Source: Anthoceros angustus (taxonomy: Eukaryota > Plantae > Anthocerotophyta). From it: a stretch of DNA of 64,000 bases. Positions within the stretch are counted from its first letter, which is position 1; each line of letters opens with the position of its first letter. Shown piece after piece: positions 49,498 through 63,400 of this stretch. The notes beneath the pieces are model-generated. The model was not told the DNA's origin. It ran no database searches and was given only the letters and a program-made list of their open reading frames with translations. The stretch is taken from assembly GCA_010909165.1 (NCBI GenBank), contig MU008205.1, positions 186,001-250,000 of the forward strand, in the 5' to 3' direction. The translations under genes and the position numbers were made by a program.

Positions 49498-49859
49498 AAT
49501 TCTCTGCGCTAAAATATTCCGATGACCCTCGTACGGTATACCAAACCAACCACACCCGGTCCCCCAGGTCATCCATCCGGGCCAGTCGCCTTAGTTTTGA
49601 AATGTGGTCTTACTTCAACCCATAAAAACATAACATATTATATTAAATATCTCTTTATTTGTAATTTATTGCCTATATAAAATCAATTGACCTCCCTATG
49701 ATATAGGATAGTCACAATAGGCGAATGTGGAGACTTTATAAAACGAATGAGATGGGAAATCCCATCTACTTGAGACGAAAAGGGACAACCCACGACGGGG
49801 CACCAGGCTAGGGGGGCGTGCCCCCGCACTAATCTACCTTATAACCCCCACCCGCCCCC

Positions 49860-51340
49860 AAGATGTCGCCGTCCGAGATAGGGAAGGGCCTATCACTAAT
49901 CGGTGCTTTGCAGATGTCGCATCTCCAGCTCGTGATCATCCTAAAGATGCGGCCCGCGCCTTCTGATGGCGGAAACCCGTTGCAATATGCCGACCTTTGG
50001 AAAGGGGGAGGCCAACCCCACCCCTATCGTTGTGGTAGGCCCTTCTGTGCACTCCTTGAAAAGCGAGAAAAACCTTACCCAAGGCCCCATAGGTTTCAAT
50101 GGCAAGGGGATGAAATGTGACCTTCTTTGCATGGGCTGTTCTGTAAATTTTCTTAGGTTGCGCTCCTTCCGCACCAACTGGAGGGTTTGTTGACATAATT
50201 CGCGCAATGAATCTCCGGGTTGGTCGGTGACAACCACGTCCGCAACCGAAACCTCGTTCCCCCGCATCAAGAAAAGGTCAGCCCTGGTAGAGACGCCATT
50301 GAGCAGAGTATATTGCCGCTCCTTGAAAGGGAAGAAACCGCTCTCCTTGGCCATCGAGTACATGACGTCTTGAACGACGTCGTATGTAGCAATACATTGT
50401 CCACCCATTGGACAACCCGCTAAGCGGGCCCCAGGGTCATCGATGGAGGCTCCACAGCAGCACGTCGGAAGAGAACATGCTAGTGGTTGGACCAGACCCA
50501 GGCGAAACCCATCGCGGTAGAAAAAGAAGCTGGTGCGATTCGGAATGCATGGATGCGAGGGCGGGCCAGGATCCATGAACCTGCACCCTTCCCTGAGCAA
50601 GATCGCAAAAACTTAATGAGATCCTGGATGTGGGCCAGATTTATGGAATTTGTACCTATTTGTGTTTATTTAGTAATCAGTTTGCCACCTCCTCATGCAA
50701 ACCGTAACCTATAAATCAGGGATGGTTGTTCTTCTACACTAAACATGGCCGAAGAGGTTCGAGCTCTAGCGGGACAAGGAATAGAAGAATTCAGAAGAAG
50801 ACCCTGCAGCACCTGCCCATAATGCTTCTCCTGGAGAGAAGCCTGCAACCACCGAAACCCATCTGCGAAAACAAAGAAAAAAAAGGCATGGCCTCCCTGG
50901 CTAGAGGGGTTAAGAGGTCCCTAGCCGACCTTAGGGACACTTGGACGGGAAAGCACCCCTCCTCAACTCCTGCAACCAAATTCTTCAAAATGTTGCTATA
51001 TTGGATAAGGAAGCGAGAGGCCAAAACTGGGCCGAGATGGCCCAGCTTCCTAGAAAAGCTGCTGGCGCCGAGGCCTCCATGCATGGCCAAAAGACTTGCG
51101 CCCCCAAAAGCGATAGGGAGGGACGCCTGTCACCGCGCCAAGTCCCCGGCCGCACATTCGAAGGAACCTGGGCCGATAATGTCTCCTAGAGACTGCATAA
51201 CCTGCTTGTCGAAATTTCCAAGTTGAGAAAGAAAAACTGGAGGGGGGGGACAATGCAAATGAGGTACCCATGGCGGCGCACGAAGCAAGAAGAGAGAATG
51301 CCAAAGGCCACTTGCGAGTCGCCTAACCTAGAGAGGTCGT
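49860..51340 (-). mobile_element. 5'-truncated RLE-type non-LTR retrotransposon (CRE-like), degenerate
   Basis: Post-RT GGLG motif; FRLGL..C.CG..D....LAGC; RADL..VADV; FHPLAIETYGALG (PD-(D/E)xK endonuclease). Confidence 0.75.
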
Positions 51341-51415
51341 CGATATGCGCAAGATCCTAATGTAAGATATCCAATGAAGGATATCGGCAATGAAGGATAT
51401 CGTAAGCGCAAGATC

Positions 51416-53140
51416 TTAATGTAAGCGCTTTAGATTAATTAATACTAATTACTTAAAGACAAGTCATTAGATTAATTAATGCTAATCAAACACTAAACCC
51501 AAGTGCAGAGAGTAGTGTCACACGGTATGACATCCCTTAAGTTCCCCATATTTGCGGGCTTTGATTTCAAGCCCACGATGTTCCATCTACAGGTCATAAA
51601 TCTTACTACTACCACTCTCAATCGGCTCTATTTTTGGCCTCAGCTCAATCAGGACGTCCGAGATTATGTCCTCCTTTGCAACTTATGCCAATGCAACAAA
51701 GCTTGTCACCAACGCCTTGCCGGCCTGCTCCAACCCTTGCCTGTCCCTTTACTGCCCTGGGAGCAAGTCACACTTGACTTCATAACCGGATTGCCTCGCA
51801 ATGCTACTGGCTTTGATGCGTTGCTGGTCTTCACGAATAAGCTTACTCATCAAGTGCTCCTTGCCTCCACTCGAGACATGCTCTCCGAACAAACCGACTT
51901 ATTGGAAAGTGGTTTATCGTGCCCATGGCCTCCCTCGCTCTCTTGTGAGCGATCATGATTCAGTTTACGCCCCGCCTCGCAAGCGGTTCATCGTGTCTTG
52001 GCACCAAGCTCGTATGTTCAGCCTTTTATCCTCGACGGATGGTGCTACTGAGCGAGCTAATCAAGTTTTAGAGGATATACTCCGTGCTTATGGTGCACCA
52101 AACTCGGTGGCTGGACTTTCTCCACCTCGTTGAGTTTGCCTACAACAATGCCCCTAACGCCTCAACCCGAGTTACTCCATTCTTGTTCAACAAAGGTTTT
52201 CACCCCGCACTTTCGCTTCCTTGCCTTCCGCTGCTTGTGTCCCTGCTTGTCGATTTTCTCACCCAACGTGTCCAAATCGCAGTAGGCTCGCTTGCCCATG
52301 GAACCCAAAACCGCCAAGCCCAATCGCCAATCATCGTCGTCGTCCTCAAGAATTTGCTACGACTACATTAATATGGCCTAGAATCAATGAGTTTAAGGGG
52401 AACTTGAAGGGTGAGCAAGAGAGACGGCATGTGGCTTGATGCCCGGAGGACGTATTGAGATAGTCNGTGGTTTATCGTGCCCATGGCCTCCTCGCTCTCT
52501 TGTGAGCGATCATGATTCAGTTTCGTCCGCCCGGCAAGCGGTTCATCGTGGTCTTGGCACCAAGCTCAGTATGTCTCGCCTTTTATCCTCGACGGATGGT
52601 GCTACTCGAGCTAATCAAGTTTTAGAGGATATACTCCGTGCTTATGCGGTGTGCACCAAACTCGGTGGCTGGACTTTCTCCACCTCGTTGAGTTTGCCTA
52701 CAACAATGCCCCTAACGCCTCAACCCGAGTTACTCCATTCTTGTTCAACAAAGGTTTTCACCCTCGCACGTTGCTTTCTGCTTCCTTGCCTTCTGCTGCT
52801 TGTGTCCCTGCTGCTTGTCGATTTTCTCATGGCCACGCATTGCAGGCGTTCTCGCATGTTGAAGTGTCCCTTGCATTTAAGAACTTGGAATCCTGCACTA
52901 GGCTTGCGCAGAATCAAATAGCTCCAGCTGGCCGCCAGACGATGCGCGGATTGCTGCGACATCCTCATGAGGCACGTAGAGCACGCTGCCCACAAACACT
53001 CCGTACCCCATATCGAAAAGGGATGTCATACCGTGTGACACTACTCTATGCACTTGGGTTTAGTGTTTGATTAGCATTAATTAATCTAATGACTTGTCTT
53101 TAAGTGATTAGTATAATTTAATCTAAAGCGCTTACATTAA
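51416..53140. mobile_element. Gypsy integrase fragment flanked by inverted copies of purine tract + LTR start
   Basis: YFWPQLNQDVRDYV..C..CQ; PWEQVTLDFITGLP; TDGATERANQVLE; VEFAYNN; 51416-51538 is the reverse complement of 53018-53140. Confidence 0.8.
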
Positions 53141-55365
53141 TTAAGTATTGATTAGTGTTAATGAAACATGGTTAGCAATAGCTGACGGGATGGCTTTCAA
53201 GGTCACTAAGCATAGGGCAATGCATGCAAGCCACCTCTTCATCCCACTTGGGCTTTGGGATTGCTCCTATCTATAGCAATCCTTGCGATCTTCCTTTGAT
53301 GTCCTTTCATAGATGGATGACCCAATCTATTCTCTTTCTTTAATAAAACCAATTATTTTTCTCCCATGCGGTTTGCATTCACATCCAATGTAGGATATCG
53401 TATGCTATGGCTCTCGAGGCGTGTCCATCTCCTCCACATATATATACAATGCACGCTTTCCCATGTGCACTTTGCACTCATATCCAACGAGAAGATGCCA
53501 AAATCGCATATATACATATGTATGTAGATTCCCGCCGCAACATGCTATTGGAAAGCTGTTGGTGTCCACTAGAATCTTACGAGGAAGTCGGACTCGTTCG
53601 GAAGAAAAGCGACGGAAGAGTAGACTTCCAAACCGAAATAATTCTTTACAAGAAAGATTGGTACAGCTCTAAGTGTTATATGTGCATACAAATGTGTAAA
53701 AGTTGTGGTTGGTTCATTGATTAGGAGTTTAATATGTATATAGGCGTGTCTCTTATGTCCGCCTAGTATATCGATACTATGGGTACCGTGAAAACATTGT
53801 CATGGAGGAATAGAATTACAATAGCCAAGTTAAAAAATTATTAAGGAGGAGTAGAATTATAATAGTGAGCTTAGTTACAATATTGGTATTATGGGTACCA
53901 TGAAAGATGTTGTCATGGAGAAATAGAATTATAATAGCTAGCTTGGTTACAAGTCATATGTAGTTCGTGGTATACCTAGACTACTAAGGTGTGTACTCAA
54001 TTACGTATAATTAACTCTTGGTGCGGATATATCAAGTATTTTACTATGACTTGCAAAAATGAAGTGCATGAGGCATATTGAGGATCCAGCCCACGTCAAG
54101 ATATAGTGAGATGTGCATAATCTTTGAGGTTAGGGTCAATGTGTGAGGTTATCGAGACTAAGTTCATGTTTTTTGAGAATATGTGTAGTCTAAAGGCTAT
54201 ATATGTATACTCCCATTCGATAATTAGTAGAGTCAACAATGACCTCTAAAGTAGGAGCACTACGGAGAAGATCGGCATGATATGTGAGTAGAGAAGCACA
54301 AAGATTGGCATCACGAGTGAGTAGAAAAGTGCGCATCCGATTGGCATCGGTGTGTGTAGAGAAGTGCATAAAGATAAATTAAGCATATTGTATCATAATG
54401 AAACTAACAAGTTTACTAGTCCACATATGTATACGACTTGCACTAATCTCTCGGTGATGATTGTTGCATCTAGCGATGTGGTGATCGAACATGCATCTTC
54501 ATCATGATCGAACATGCATCTTCACATAAAACAGGCTGCACATAAGTGCAGACTGTCGGTGGTGTTGGCGATCTTTTTGTGTGGATCGTGCGCAGGTCTT
54601 GGATGGCATCCCTACGAGCCCAAGCATATTACGGACAGCCCAAAGATCTGGGGAGAAGGGATAGGGCCACCCACACCACTTGCCGATGAAGTGACCGCCT
54701 TGAAGCCAGCAACTTCAAGGATTTATTGGATACACCTTCTCCCAACCTACCACTAGAGGAGCCGTTGCATAATGTGGTTGTGGATTCCTGCTCCACTCAC
54801 GTAGATATATCCACCGACGGCTCTATATCTATCCATCTCGATCATGATTGCGGTGAACTTGGAATTCATCCCAAGATTGATGCACACTAAAGCCTTCTAT
54901 TTTACTAAATGTCACTGGAATTCTCGACCGATGGATATGTTTTGTCTTGTAGGTGGCAAGTTCCATTCCAACGACCACCTTTTCTTCTGGTGTGTTCACA
55001 GCCGTCATCCAAGCGCCTTCAAATGCTACAGGCGTCCGCAGTGAATTCTTGGTAGGTTTTCGTAAACTCCTCACTCAAAATAAGATCGATATCATAGGCC
55101 CCTTGTTTCATTTTTGGTACATTGGAATTGCAGATTGCTTCTTCTGAGGACCAGGTATCAGATGGTATTAGTTTTGCTTTCCTTGGGATTATCCAATTCC
55201 TTGTAACCAGCTATTCACACCTAAGTTCCAAAGACAAGTAATGAAGAAGTTATAGTGGCGTGGTTTGATACCACATCCTCTTCTCACAAGTATGCCATCA
55301 AATGGGACAGTCATTCTATAGTGTAAGATTCATATTCTTTACACCAAGTAATTGAATATTATTAT

Positions 55366-56340
55366 TTGTTAAAAGTAATTTTGTTAATAATTAAAGTTGT
55401 GTCATGTTGCATTTATTACGGATGGCTAGTAGATGATATGGTAATTCGCTCCATCTTATATAGTGAAACACAAACATATCCTACTAAACCTAGAAGTATC
55501 TATGGTTCCATTCAAGATGATTCAAACACGGAGAAGAATGGAGTTGATTGGAATAAGGCTCCATTTTATACGAACTTTAGTTCTATATCAATAGTATCTC
55601 CCTTATCTGAGGGAGCATGGAGTCCTCCTCCCACAATATTTGGGCAAACAAATTCATTGGATCTCCTTATTCTAAACTATTGTAGCGACCATGTGGCTGT
55701 GGCATCCACCAATTTATGGATCGACTTCGACGCAAGTTGTGGTAGCCGTTTTCAATCTCGTCATCGTTTTACTTCTGGTACATTTTCAAGTAATATGAAA
55801 TGTGCCGCTGGTAATACCACTGGTTTGGTAACGAGCATTTATGTTTCTTCTCAAGAAGGTGACACTCATCAAGATGAGATTGACTTTGAATGGGTTGGAA
55901 ATAAAAAAACTTTTGTCCAAACCAATTTTTTTGTCAATGGCATCTCTAATCCTGAGCACATAAGTCAGACCCACCTAGGATTTGATTGTTCTCAAAGTTG
56001 GCATACTTATACCATATCTTATACAGACGAACAAATACAGTAAGTACTATATATTATTGCTTCTTCTTTAAATTGTGGGGATAAGTATTTGTTGCTAATA
56101 TTTAGCTTTTTTTACAGATGGCTTGTGGACGATACTATTATTCGAACTGTGACAAGAGAACAACAATTATCAATCAATGATACCTATCCAAGCCAACCTA
56201 TTTATTTGTATGGTTCCATATGGGATGCATCGGCCATAGTAAGCGGACATTGGTGAATTTGGGACCACAAGGATCAAGCTTATGTTGTACAATATAACAA
56301 CATCACTCTTCAGGGTCAAGTTGTAGAATTGGAGATTTGA
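55366..56340 (+). pseudogene. GH16 endoglucanase, EG16-like, with premature TGA (5' end uncertain)
   Basis: SGTFS..KC..GNTTGL..SSQEGD..QDEIDFEWVG..VQTNF..LGFDCS..H.Y; intron 56040-56117; GSIWDAS..W*IWDHKDQAYVVQY. Confidence 0.8.
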
Positions 56341-56487
56341 GTTTATATGTAGCTATAGTTCATATTGATAGCTCAATAGGTGAACCTCAAACAAACTAAA
56401 AAACATTGCAAATTCTCTACAGAAACTAGTTGGATGAGTAATTTATTGAACTAAATTGCGATGCTCTTGGAACGAATCGTAGAATCC

Positions 56488-56885
56488 GATGACGTTCCTA
56501 TTGGTGATTCAGCGGCACAAGACTAGTAAGGTAACGGTAAGCAAAGATTAGTTTGATTAGGGTATCACTAGTCATCTAGGAGCGATGGCGTTCCTATTGG
56601 TGATTCGGCGGCACAAGACTAGTAAGGTAGCGATAAGCAAAGATTAGTTTGATTAGGGTATCATAACTAGTCATCTAGAGCTGATATTACTATGTGGAAA
56701 ACACATAGGGAATCAAAACCCATGTTAAATGGTTCTCCTTTCAATGTTTGATTTATTTTCATAATACTAAATTAAAACATCTAGGAGCTCTTTTTTTATG
56801 TGGAAAACACCTAGGAAATCAAACGCATGTTAAAGGTTTCTCCTTTCGATGTTTGATTTATTTTAATAATAAAAAAATTAAAAAC
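56488..56885. repeat. Two adjacent tandem duplications (about 96 bp x2 and about 107 bp x2)
   Basis: cgttcctattggtgattc..gcacaagactagtaagg twice; tatgtggaaaacac..ttctcctttc twice. Confidence 0.8.
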
Positions 56886-57499
56886 AAATGTTGAAGCTCA
56901 CCATCTTCCTCCTTCGCACCGCTACACCCAAATATCAGTTCGTCAAGGTACGGCCTAGCAAACCGCCTAACATTGCCATGACATGACCTTCTTCTCTCCA
57001 TTCCCCTTGAAGTTCTTCTTCATAATGCTGGACATGGGGAAATGGACTTAGGATATGATGGCCGGGATGGCTTTGAAGGTCACTAAGTATAAGGCAATGC
57101 ATGCAAGCCACCTCTTCATCCCACTTGGAGTCTTTTGGGGCGTTTTTCAAGGACTTTGATAAATTTATCAAGTCCTGCATCAACGTACATGCCATGCAAG
57201 GAGATACGAAGCCGAGTTGGGTCGCTTTCATTTCACGGTATATTGTCCATTGTCCTTCAAAGGCAATTATAGAAGCCATCTTATTGACAACGATGGTCTT
57301 CGAAAATGTATCCTCAACAACCAACAATCTTAATCTGGTTATGACATTCTCAACAACAACTTTAGTAATAAGTAGGCCATTCAATCTCCCAGGTTATAAA
57401 ATCCTAACAACCTCGATATCATGTAGGCCATTCGAGCTCCCCAAGAACCTCAATATCATGTAGGCCATTCAATCTCCCAGCCTGGGACATGCTAAGCTT

Positions 57500-60400
57500 G
57501 GAAGGGGTTATACTGATGAGGGGTTTTCAGCAAATATCGTCGGAAGGGGTTTGGGATGGGTCGCATTCTGTTGCTTTGCAACATCGGTCGAGGCCTGAAA
57601 ATAAGGGTCGATAAGGGATGAAATTGACGTCCGGAGGCGTCTCCATCACACAAAGGGTTAGCGTGGTTCGCCAATTTGGCATATCGACCCATGCTTGCTT
57701 ACCATAAGTACCGGAAGGACTAAAGGAGGCGGGTTGTTGAGGCAGTCTAAATAAACAAGGTCTTTTGAAGACATTGCGGGCAATCTTCACATCATCATTG
57801 GTAAAGAATGGTGCTTCTTTCCGAACCGTCCGTCGAACCCATAGTCTTTTGTTTTGGCAAGAAGGGGCGCTCGAGCGTGGGCGCCACAGCTATCAGTTTC
57901 CACGATTTAGGATTTAGGCATGCGTCGGATGGGTTATATACGGTTTCGAACAAAATGTACAATACAGGGGCGTGCGGAAAAGCGGTTTCCATGCTACTAA
58001 AGGATGGTGAAAAATGGGCGGCACCGGCGCCGCCATTTGTCCTGTCGCCACGCAACCTACGGCGGGAAGTGACTCCAACTTCTTCAACTTCCGATCACGA
58101 ATGATAGCACCAGGTGATTCCCTATCACTAACGCGAGCTCCCACTTTGAGCCTAACACTTGGCGGTGACACGCCATCGGAGTAAACCCTCTTGTCTCGAT
58201 GTCCACCGATGTTTGCCTCCACTTCATACATCTTTTCACTCATCTCCCGAATTGACACCTTCCATGTCCAAGGGCCCGATGTCCTCACCGTCTTCGTCAC
58301 TGTCTTCTGGTGCACTTTGGCTGGCTGGCTCGATGAAGCCCGCAATTCATTCAACTTATCACGATCGCTTTTTGTCAATGGAATAGAGATGTTTACGGAA
58401 TTCAAAGAACCCATAATACAAGATGAGCGGTTTTATTGATGAAGACTTCTTGAACATTCTTGAAATTTGCCTTCCCACCCTTTTTCCTTCCAATCCCAAA
58501 TGTCTCTGGAAGGGTCCGAATCACATATTCTTCCACGTATACGCCTTCATATGCATCTGTGCTCGATCTGTGCAGTGAACGGAAATGAGGCTCTTCCACA
58601 TCCAACCTCACCTGATTAACTTTCCCAATCCAGAAAGGCCGATTATGCGTATCGCTGGTACAAGTCTGCGATGAACATCCCTTCCTTTATGTCTTTTACA
58701 TCTCCATGCAAACGTGCCATTTCCTGCTGCTGCCTTCCCAACTGTCGGTAAGGCCCCAAGTACATATCCCGTTGGGGGAGTTCTCTTAGCAACGCCTCCT
58801 CTAGGATAGCTTCATCGGGAACTTGGAGTGGTTGTCTGTTTCTTCCGATTCAGAGAACCATTTCCACGGCACTTCTAGTGCGAGCCCAATGTTGTTCTCC
58901 ACGATTATTGCGATTTCTTCTTGGTCCACCGAATGCTTCCCACCATCCATATTCTGTCACATATGGCCCGCAGACCGGCCTCAAATGTGCCACTCCTTGT
59001 CGGAGATAACCCCGCCGACGTCCCTTTCTTGTCTCGAGCCGGAGGGGCCGATGTTATGTCGTTGGAGGGACAAATTTCAAAAACTCCAACCCGGCGGTTT
59101 CCCAATACATCGATGTCGAATATTGCTTGCTCCTAATTCATCACCACCACACCGTTTGTCTTCTGGTGATTTTAAAGCGCTGGAAAGATAAGTTGTTCAA
59201 TTTTCTCACCGATGAATATGCTGGCGACCATCGCCTTGTCTAATCGGCCATACATATGACCAAGTCCGGACCTCCCGCAAAACTTTGATCTCCGGTGTAG
59301 GCGTGTATGCATGAACCAGATCGGCCAACGCGGAAGAGTGTGTGCCTCCTTGTGCTTCAAGCTTTTGGAAAAGCAAGAGAACATGGTCGATTTGGTCGTG
59401 AGTGTGCCCAACAAGGAGGAACCCAACCTTCACCTTGAAAAGTTCCCATATCAACTAGCATGTTCAAATCACGCAAACAACAGCTGGTTCTTGTTTTCCG
59501 GCAAGTGTTGTCAAGTGCAAATAGAGCACTTTGGGTAGCACTCCTTTATAATTAAGAATAACATCTTGAATAATCCGATTGTCGATTCGCATCGTTCCTC
59601 AAATTGGCATAGTGCAAAAACACTCTTGCACAGACGTATAATTGTGGATCATGCAACCCACTACGATGTATACACGGCAGTCCTCATCAAGATTCTTTGG
59701 CCAACGAAAGTGTGGAATCTCAGTCTTCTTCTGGTCCATTCCGTCTATAGCGAGGAGCATGTACTTATCCGGTTCCCTGTAACTCTTTTCACGGTGTTTT
59801 GCCATTTTTCCCCGCTCCTCCTGCAGCTGCACGCGGTGTGCCTCCAACGCGGCCTGATATTTTTCTGTCCACAGCCAAACACGTTCCAAGTGTCACATCC
59901 TTCCAAGTTTTCACGTTCCCAATTTCACACATACAAACACGCTTCTTCCACACCACAAGCGAAGACAGAATCCATGAAACCCATTGCATACAACAAACCG
60001 ATGTCGTGGACTATCACCTCTTCACACATACATTTACCATCTTCCCCAATCTAAAATCTACAAAACGTCCACCTTCTAGGTCATATATTATGGTTGGCGA
60101 GTTTGAAGGTGGATGGGGGGCGCCGCAGGCGCCGGGCCCGCCCCCACAAACTCGACCAATCAAACCTACAACCCAGGGCCATCCATGAACAAGGACTGCG
60201 AGTTTCAAACATGGTACTCGAGCAACTGCAGCGGTCGGTCATCCGAGGGTGGGCGCCGGGCGCGCCCACCCCGCCGACACTGTTTTTGAACCATCCGCAT
60301 ACCATGCTCATTCGAACTATGGGATGAACACGAAAACTCCTCCCACCAGATGGGTTGTACTAGTGGTAGAGTGATATCTACCTTGATCAACCTTCCGAGT

Positions 60401-63400
60401 TGTATTCGAATGGTGGTCTTTAACCTCAAGACATATTGAGGTGTCGAGAACTGTTGGATTTGGGAATCTTCACTCTGAAGTTAGATTTCCATAACTTCAA
60501 AAACCAGCGTCGTCACAAACCGCAGACGAGCTTTGACACCCGCTTTGTACAATGACCATATCTCCGCTTTGTATAGGTGTCGCGTTATACACCACGTAAG
60601 TCTTCACCATGAATGAGCATTATCCATCCACGCTAGAGCACCAAGTGCATGACGGGACTTATGAATTGGGTTGGTTCGAACACTATCCCACGGGCATTCC
60701 TCATGACCCTCCCTTTCAGTTCCTCGTATCTATTGTGCCCCATACAATATACTCTTCAAGGCCTTCACGCAGTAGCAGAGGAACCGATCCCATAACATGC
60801 GTAAAACTCTTTCTTTGTTAGTTTGACTCGGGTCCCGATGTACGAGGCTTTGAAGAAATGTCTCTTGCTCTTGCACGCATTGTGAGGAACCTATATCGTT
60901 GCTCTGAAGGCCTTGCTTGGTCAACCTCTGCATGCACATTTGGTTGCAACACGGTTTAAGAAAGTCTCACCTTCTCCATTCACATTTTTGCAAAGACACC
61001 CCTGCCGTCGCGCTTGTCCGAGCTTTGTTGTCATCAATGTCTCACTTAAAGGCTTGGGATGGAATGTTCCGGATGCACCGGAGGAGGGTGAACAAAGTCA
61101 TCATCCCCATCCTCACCACGGATCATTTGCTTGTGGGAAGAACTCGATCCTGCGGTCATCCTCGCATCGCTCCTTGGCGGAACAAACCACGACGGGATTG
61201 CACCCCATCTCCCTTCCTTCCGTGTCTTCGCTGGATGGATTCCATCAATGGCGCATATAAGTTCAAGTTCACGGGGTCATGGGCACCCCACGGAATGCCG
61301 GAGAGGACGCTTGTCGATGGCGGAGCATTACCGCAATACCACTTGTGCGGTGTGCATGAGATGGAATCCGCCACGGATGGGGTGGACTATTCGGCCACAA
61401 CATTGTCTTCACCGCAAACAAGCTTTGTTGAAGGCAAACTAACCTTCCGGAGTTCGGACTCGTTTCGTTGCTCATGATCGGGAAGGGCGCCCCCCAAGAC
61501 AGCCCCATCCTTCTCCTCACAAGAGAGTCACCTACCATCCGGAAATCAAAGACCCCTCTTCCTCACACTGCCTGCGACAACATCAATGTCGGTCATCCGG
61601 TGGGCGGCCGCCACCCTCACACTCAGTTTTGAACCATCCGCATACCCGGCTCATTCGAACTATGGGATGAACACGAAAACTCCTCCCACCAGCGGATGGG
61701 TTGTACTAGTGGTAGAGTGATATCTACCTTGATCAACCTTCCGAGTTGTATTCGAATGGTGGTCTTTAACCACATATTGAGCGGTCGAGAACTGGATTTG
61801 GGAATCTTCACTCTGAAGTTAGATTTCCATAACTTCAAAAACCAGCGTCGTCACTGCAGACGAGCTTTGACCGTTTGTACAATGACCATATCTCCGCTTT
61901 GTATAGGTGTCGAGTTATACACCTGCACGTTGAAGTCTTTCGACCAACGAAGCATTATCCATCCACGCTAGAGCACCAAGTGCATGGGGACTTATGAATT
62001 GGGTTGGTTCGAACACTATCCCACGGGCATTCCTCATGACCCTCCCTTTCAGTTCCTCGTATCTGTTGTGCCCCATACAGTATACTCTTCAAGGCCTTCA
62101 CGCAGTAGGAACCGATCCCATAACATGCGTAAAACTCTTTCTTTGTTAGTTTGACTCGGGTCCCGATGTACGAGGCTTTGAAGAAATGTCTCTTGCTCTT
62201 GCACGCATTGTGAGGAACCTATATCGTTGCTCACGAAGGCCTTGCTTGGTCAACCTCTGCATGCACATTTGGTTTACACGGTTTAAGAAAGTCTGCCGTC
62301 ACCTTCTCCATTCACATTTTTGCAAAGACACCCCTGCCGTCGCGCGCTTGTCCTGACTTTGTTGTCATCAATGTCTCACTTAAAGGCTTGGGATGGAATG
62401 TTCCGGATGCACCGGAGGAGGGTGAACAAAGTCATCATCCCCATCCTCGATCCACGGATCATTTGCTTGTGGGAAGAACTCGATCCTGCGGTCATCCTCG
62501 CATCGCTCCTTGGCGGAACAAACCACGACGGGATTGCACCCCATCTCCCTTCCTTCCGTGTCTTCGCTGGATGCGGATTCCATCAATGGCAGCATATAAG
62601 TTCAAGTTCCTGGGGGTCATGGGCACCCCACGCGGAATGCCGGGAGAGGACGCTTGTCGACGGCGACGAGCATTACCTGCAATACCACTTCGTGCGGTGT
62701 GCATGAGATGGAATCCGCCACGGATGGGGTGGACTATTCGGCCACAACATTGTCTTCACCGCAAACAAGCTGTTTCTTGTTGAAGGCAAACTAACCTTCT
62801 GGAGTTCGGACTCGTTTTCGTTGCTCATGATCGGGAAGGGCGCCCCCCAAGACAGCCCCATCCTTCCTCCTCACAAGAGAGTCACCTACCATCCGGAAAT
62901 CAAAGACCCCTCTTCCACACACTGCCTGCGACAACATCAATGTCAGGTCATTACATGGACTGAACAGAGACGGAGAGACTGATGCAAACCCAACACTTGT
63001 TCTCAAGTACATGTTCCCCCTTGATCGCACAAACGAAGTGAGGAATGCACTTTGTGGACGACAAACTCTGACCTCTTCGACAACTGATGTGTGGGTGGCG
63101 CGCAACATTGTCGCCGGCCTGAGGACTCCGCACCTCTAACCTCTGGAAATATGGTCCTCACTCTTCACAGAGCGTGGTATGCCATGACATAGGCGACCGT
63201 GGACTGAAGGTAAGGTGGAAATGCCATTATGAGCAAATAAACCGAAAGATCTTCACCGGTAGAACTTGGCGTGAGGCACACCGCCTCTTCATTGTTTTCT
63301 CGGCATTGGGGTTCACATGTACGCTTTTGACTTAGGGTCCTATAAATGGTTTTCCGTAAGCATTACCTTAATTGACATTTATGGTTAGGGTTGCGCACAT

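Noticed and set aside
49201-49625. SRESGVG / SRLPTPD repeat ORFs
   Set aside because: Artefacts of a stop-free heptamer repeat.
51909-52830. About 350-bp duplication of integrase sequence
   Set aside because: The second copy starts right after the N at 52466; probably a contig-overlap artefact.
53185-53250. About 65-bp segment shared with 57064-57128 and the ORF 56935..57384
   Set aside because: Probably scattered TE debris; family not identifiable.
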